A stretch of 64,000 bases of DNA from Trichosphaerium sp. ATCC 40318. Taxonomy: Eukaryota; Protista; Tubulinea. The notes under the pieces were generated by a model, which saw only the letters and a list, made by a program, of their open reading frames with translations, was not told where the DNA came from and made no database searches. Within the stretch, counting starts at the first letter, position 1. Every line of letters begins with the position of its first letter. The stretch spans positions 1 to 64,000 of the forward strand of contig JALMLS010000208.1 of assembly GCA_038496445.1 (NCBI GenBank), given 5' to 3'. Positions 63,201 through 64,000 of this stretch are shown here, one piece after another. The translations under genes and the position numbers were made by a program.

Positions 63201-64000
63201 CGAATAAGTAACGGAAAGATAGTCATCAAACAAGGCACGAAACAAGCAATCTTGTTTTTTCAGAGAGCATGTTTTTTTTTAAATATCTTGCATCTACATG
63301 CGCAAATCACGTGCAATTATATTCTCATTAATTTATTATCTCAGATATACTACCAAAGCATGTTGTAGTAAAAGACCGCCCAGATTGTCAAATAATAATA
63401 ACATCAACTCCTAAAAAAGGTACTTGCCTTGAACCAAAACCAGAGTGCTCGCCAATAGCTTGAATATACTAATTTGTTGTTGCAAGTTATGATCTTCTCT
63501 GAGCAAGTATTTGGAGATCCTCAAAGAAAACCAGATAATGGGTTCACGTACTTTGAAGTGGCACCTGTAGATCCTGGATATCAAATTTCAATGTCCATTG
63601 GCGTATCACCTATATCATTCTATGCAGAAAAACCACCCGAGAAACCTAGTTACAATCAGGATGTTACTGGGGGTTTAGGTCCACCTCCACTAACTCCTGA
63701 ACCAGAAAAAGTGGAACCAAGTGTACCAAAACGTGTTATAAATGATAGAATGCTTGGTGACGTAATTGGTATGGAGTGAACTTCTTAAACTCTATTTTTT
63801 TTGAATTGTTTTTACTTCCTTGACTTATTGTCTATTAGAGTCAATGGGTTATTGTTCTACTGATGGTAAATTGAGATATCGTGATGCTACAGGCAAAAGA
63901 GATGAGGTTTTAATTGGACCACCATACTCAGCTGGTACGTCATGACTTGTTTCTGTTTTTTCAAAATAGCTAGAAAAAGTTCTATAGAAATTTGAGTCTG
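60246..64000 (+). CDS. Ser/Thr kinase + helical region + Cys-rich (UBR-box-like) + SPRY-like domain; 3' end outside window
   Basis: GSGEFG, VAVK, HRDLKPEN, DFG, GTPLYMAPE, DIWSLG; CTRLCTGK..LCLPC..HCGC; FTYFEV..SIGV..SMGYCSTDGK..GPPYSAG. Confidence 0.75.

Overview
Eukaryotic, AT-rich, intron-dense DNA from a protist; amoebozoan-like by inference (ABP34 genes, tyrosine-kinase-signature kinase, many F-box genes). Host content: a cluster of intron-poor F-box+MORN and F-box+LRR genes (several frameshifted), a tandem pair of ABP34-family actin-bundling genes, a SEL1-repeat kinase, two copies of a bacterial-type DUF5060-like gene, an MRH-domain protein and a kinase-SPRY gene. Two divergent ~7.85 kb APE-RT-RNase H non-LTR retrotransposons are present: LINE-A (+, 6567-14425, pol intact) and LINE-B (-, 43352-53262, disrupted by two copies of a ~1 kb Tc1/mariner-type MITE carrying telomeric repeats). 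Main discovery: both LINEs carry an apparent host-type spliceosomal intron (3n+2 nt) near the 3' end of ORF1. Splicing gives a complete, terminated ORF1 protein followed by an internal AATAAA. Intron retention keeps one frame open into (LINE-B) or overlapping (LINE-A) pol. This suggests a splice/internal-polyadenylation switch in LINEs, analogous to subgenomic gag RNA of copia elements. LINE-B also ends in a poly(T) rather than poly(A) tail inside a 12-13 bp target-site duplication. All gene models and coordinates were derived by eye; no searches were run.
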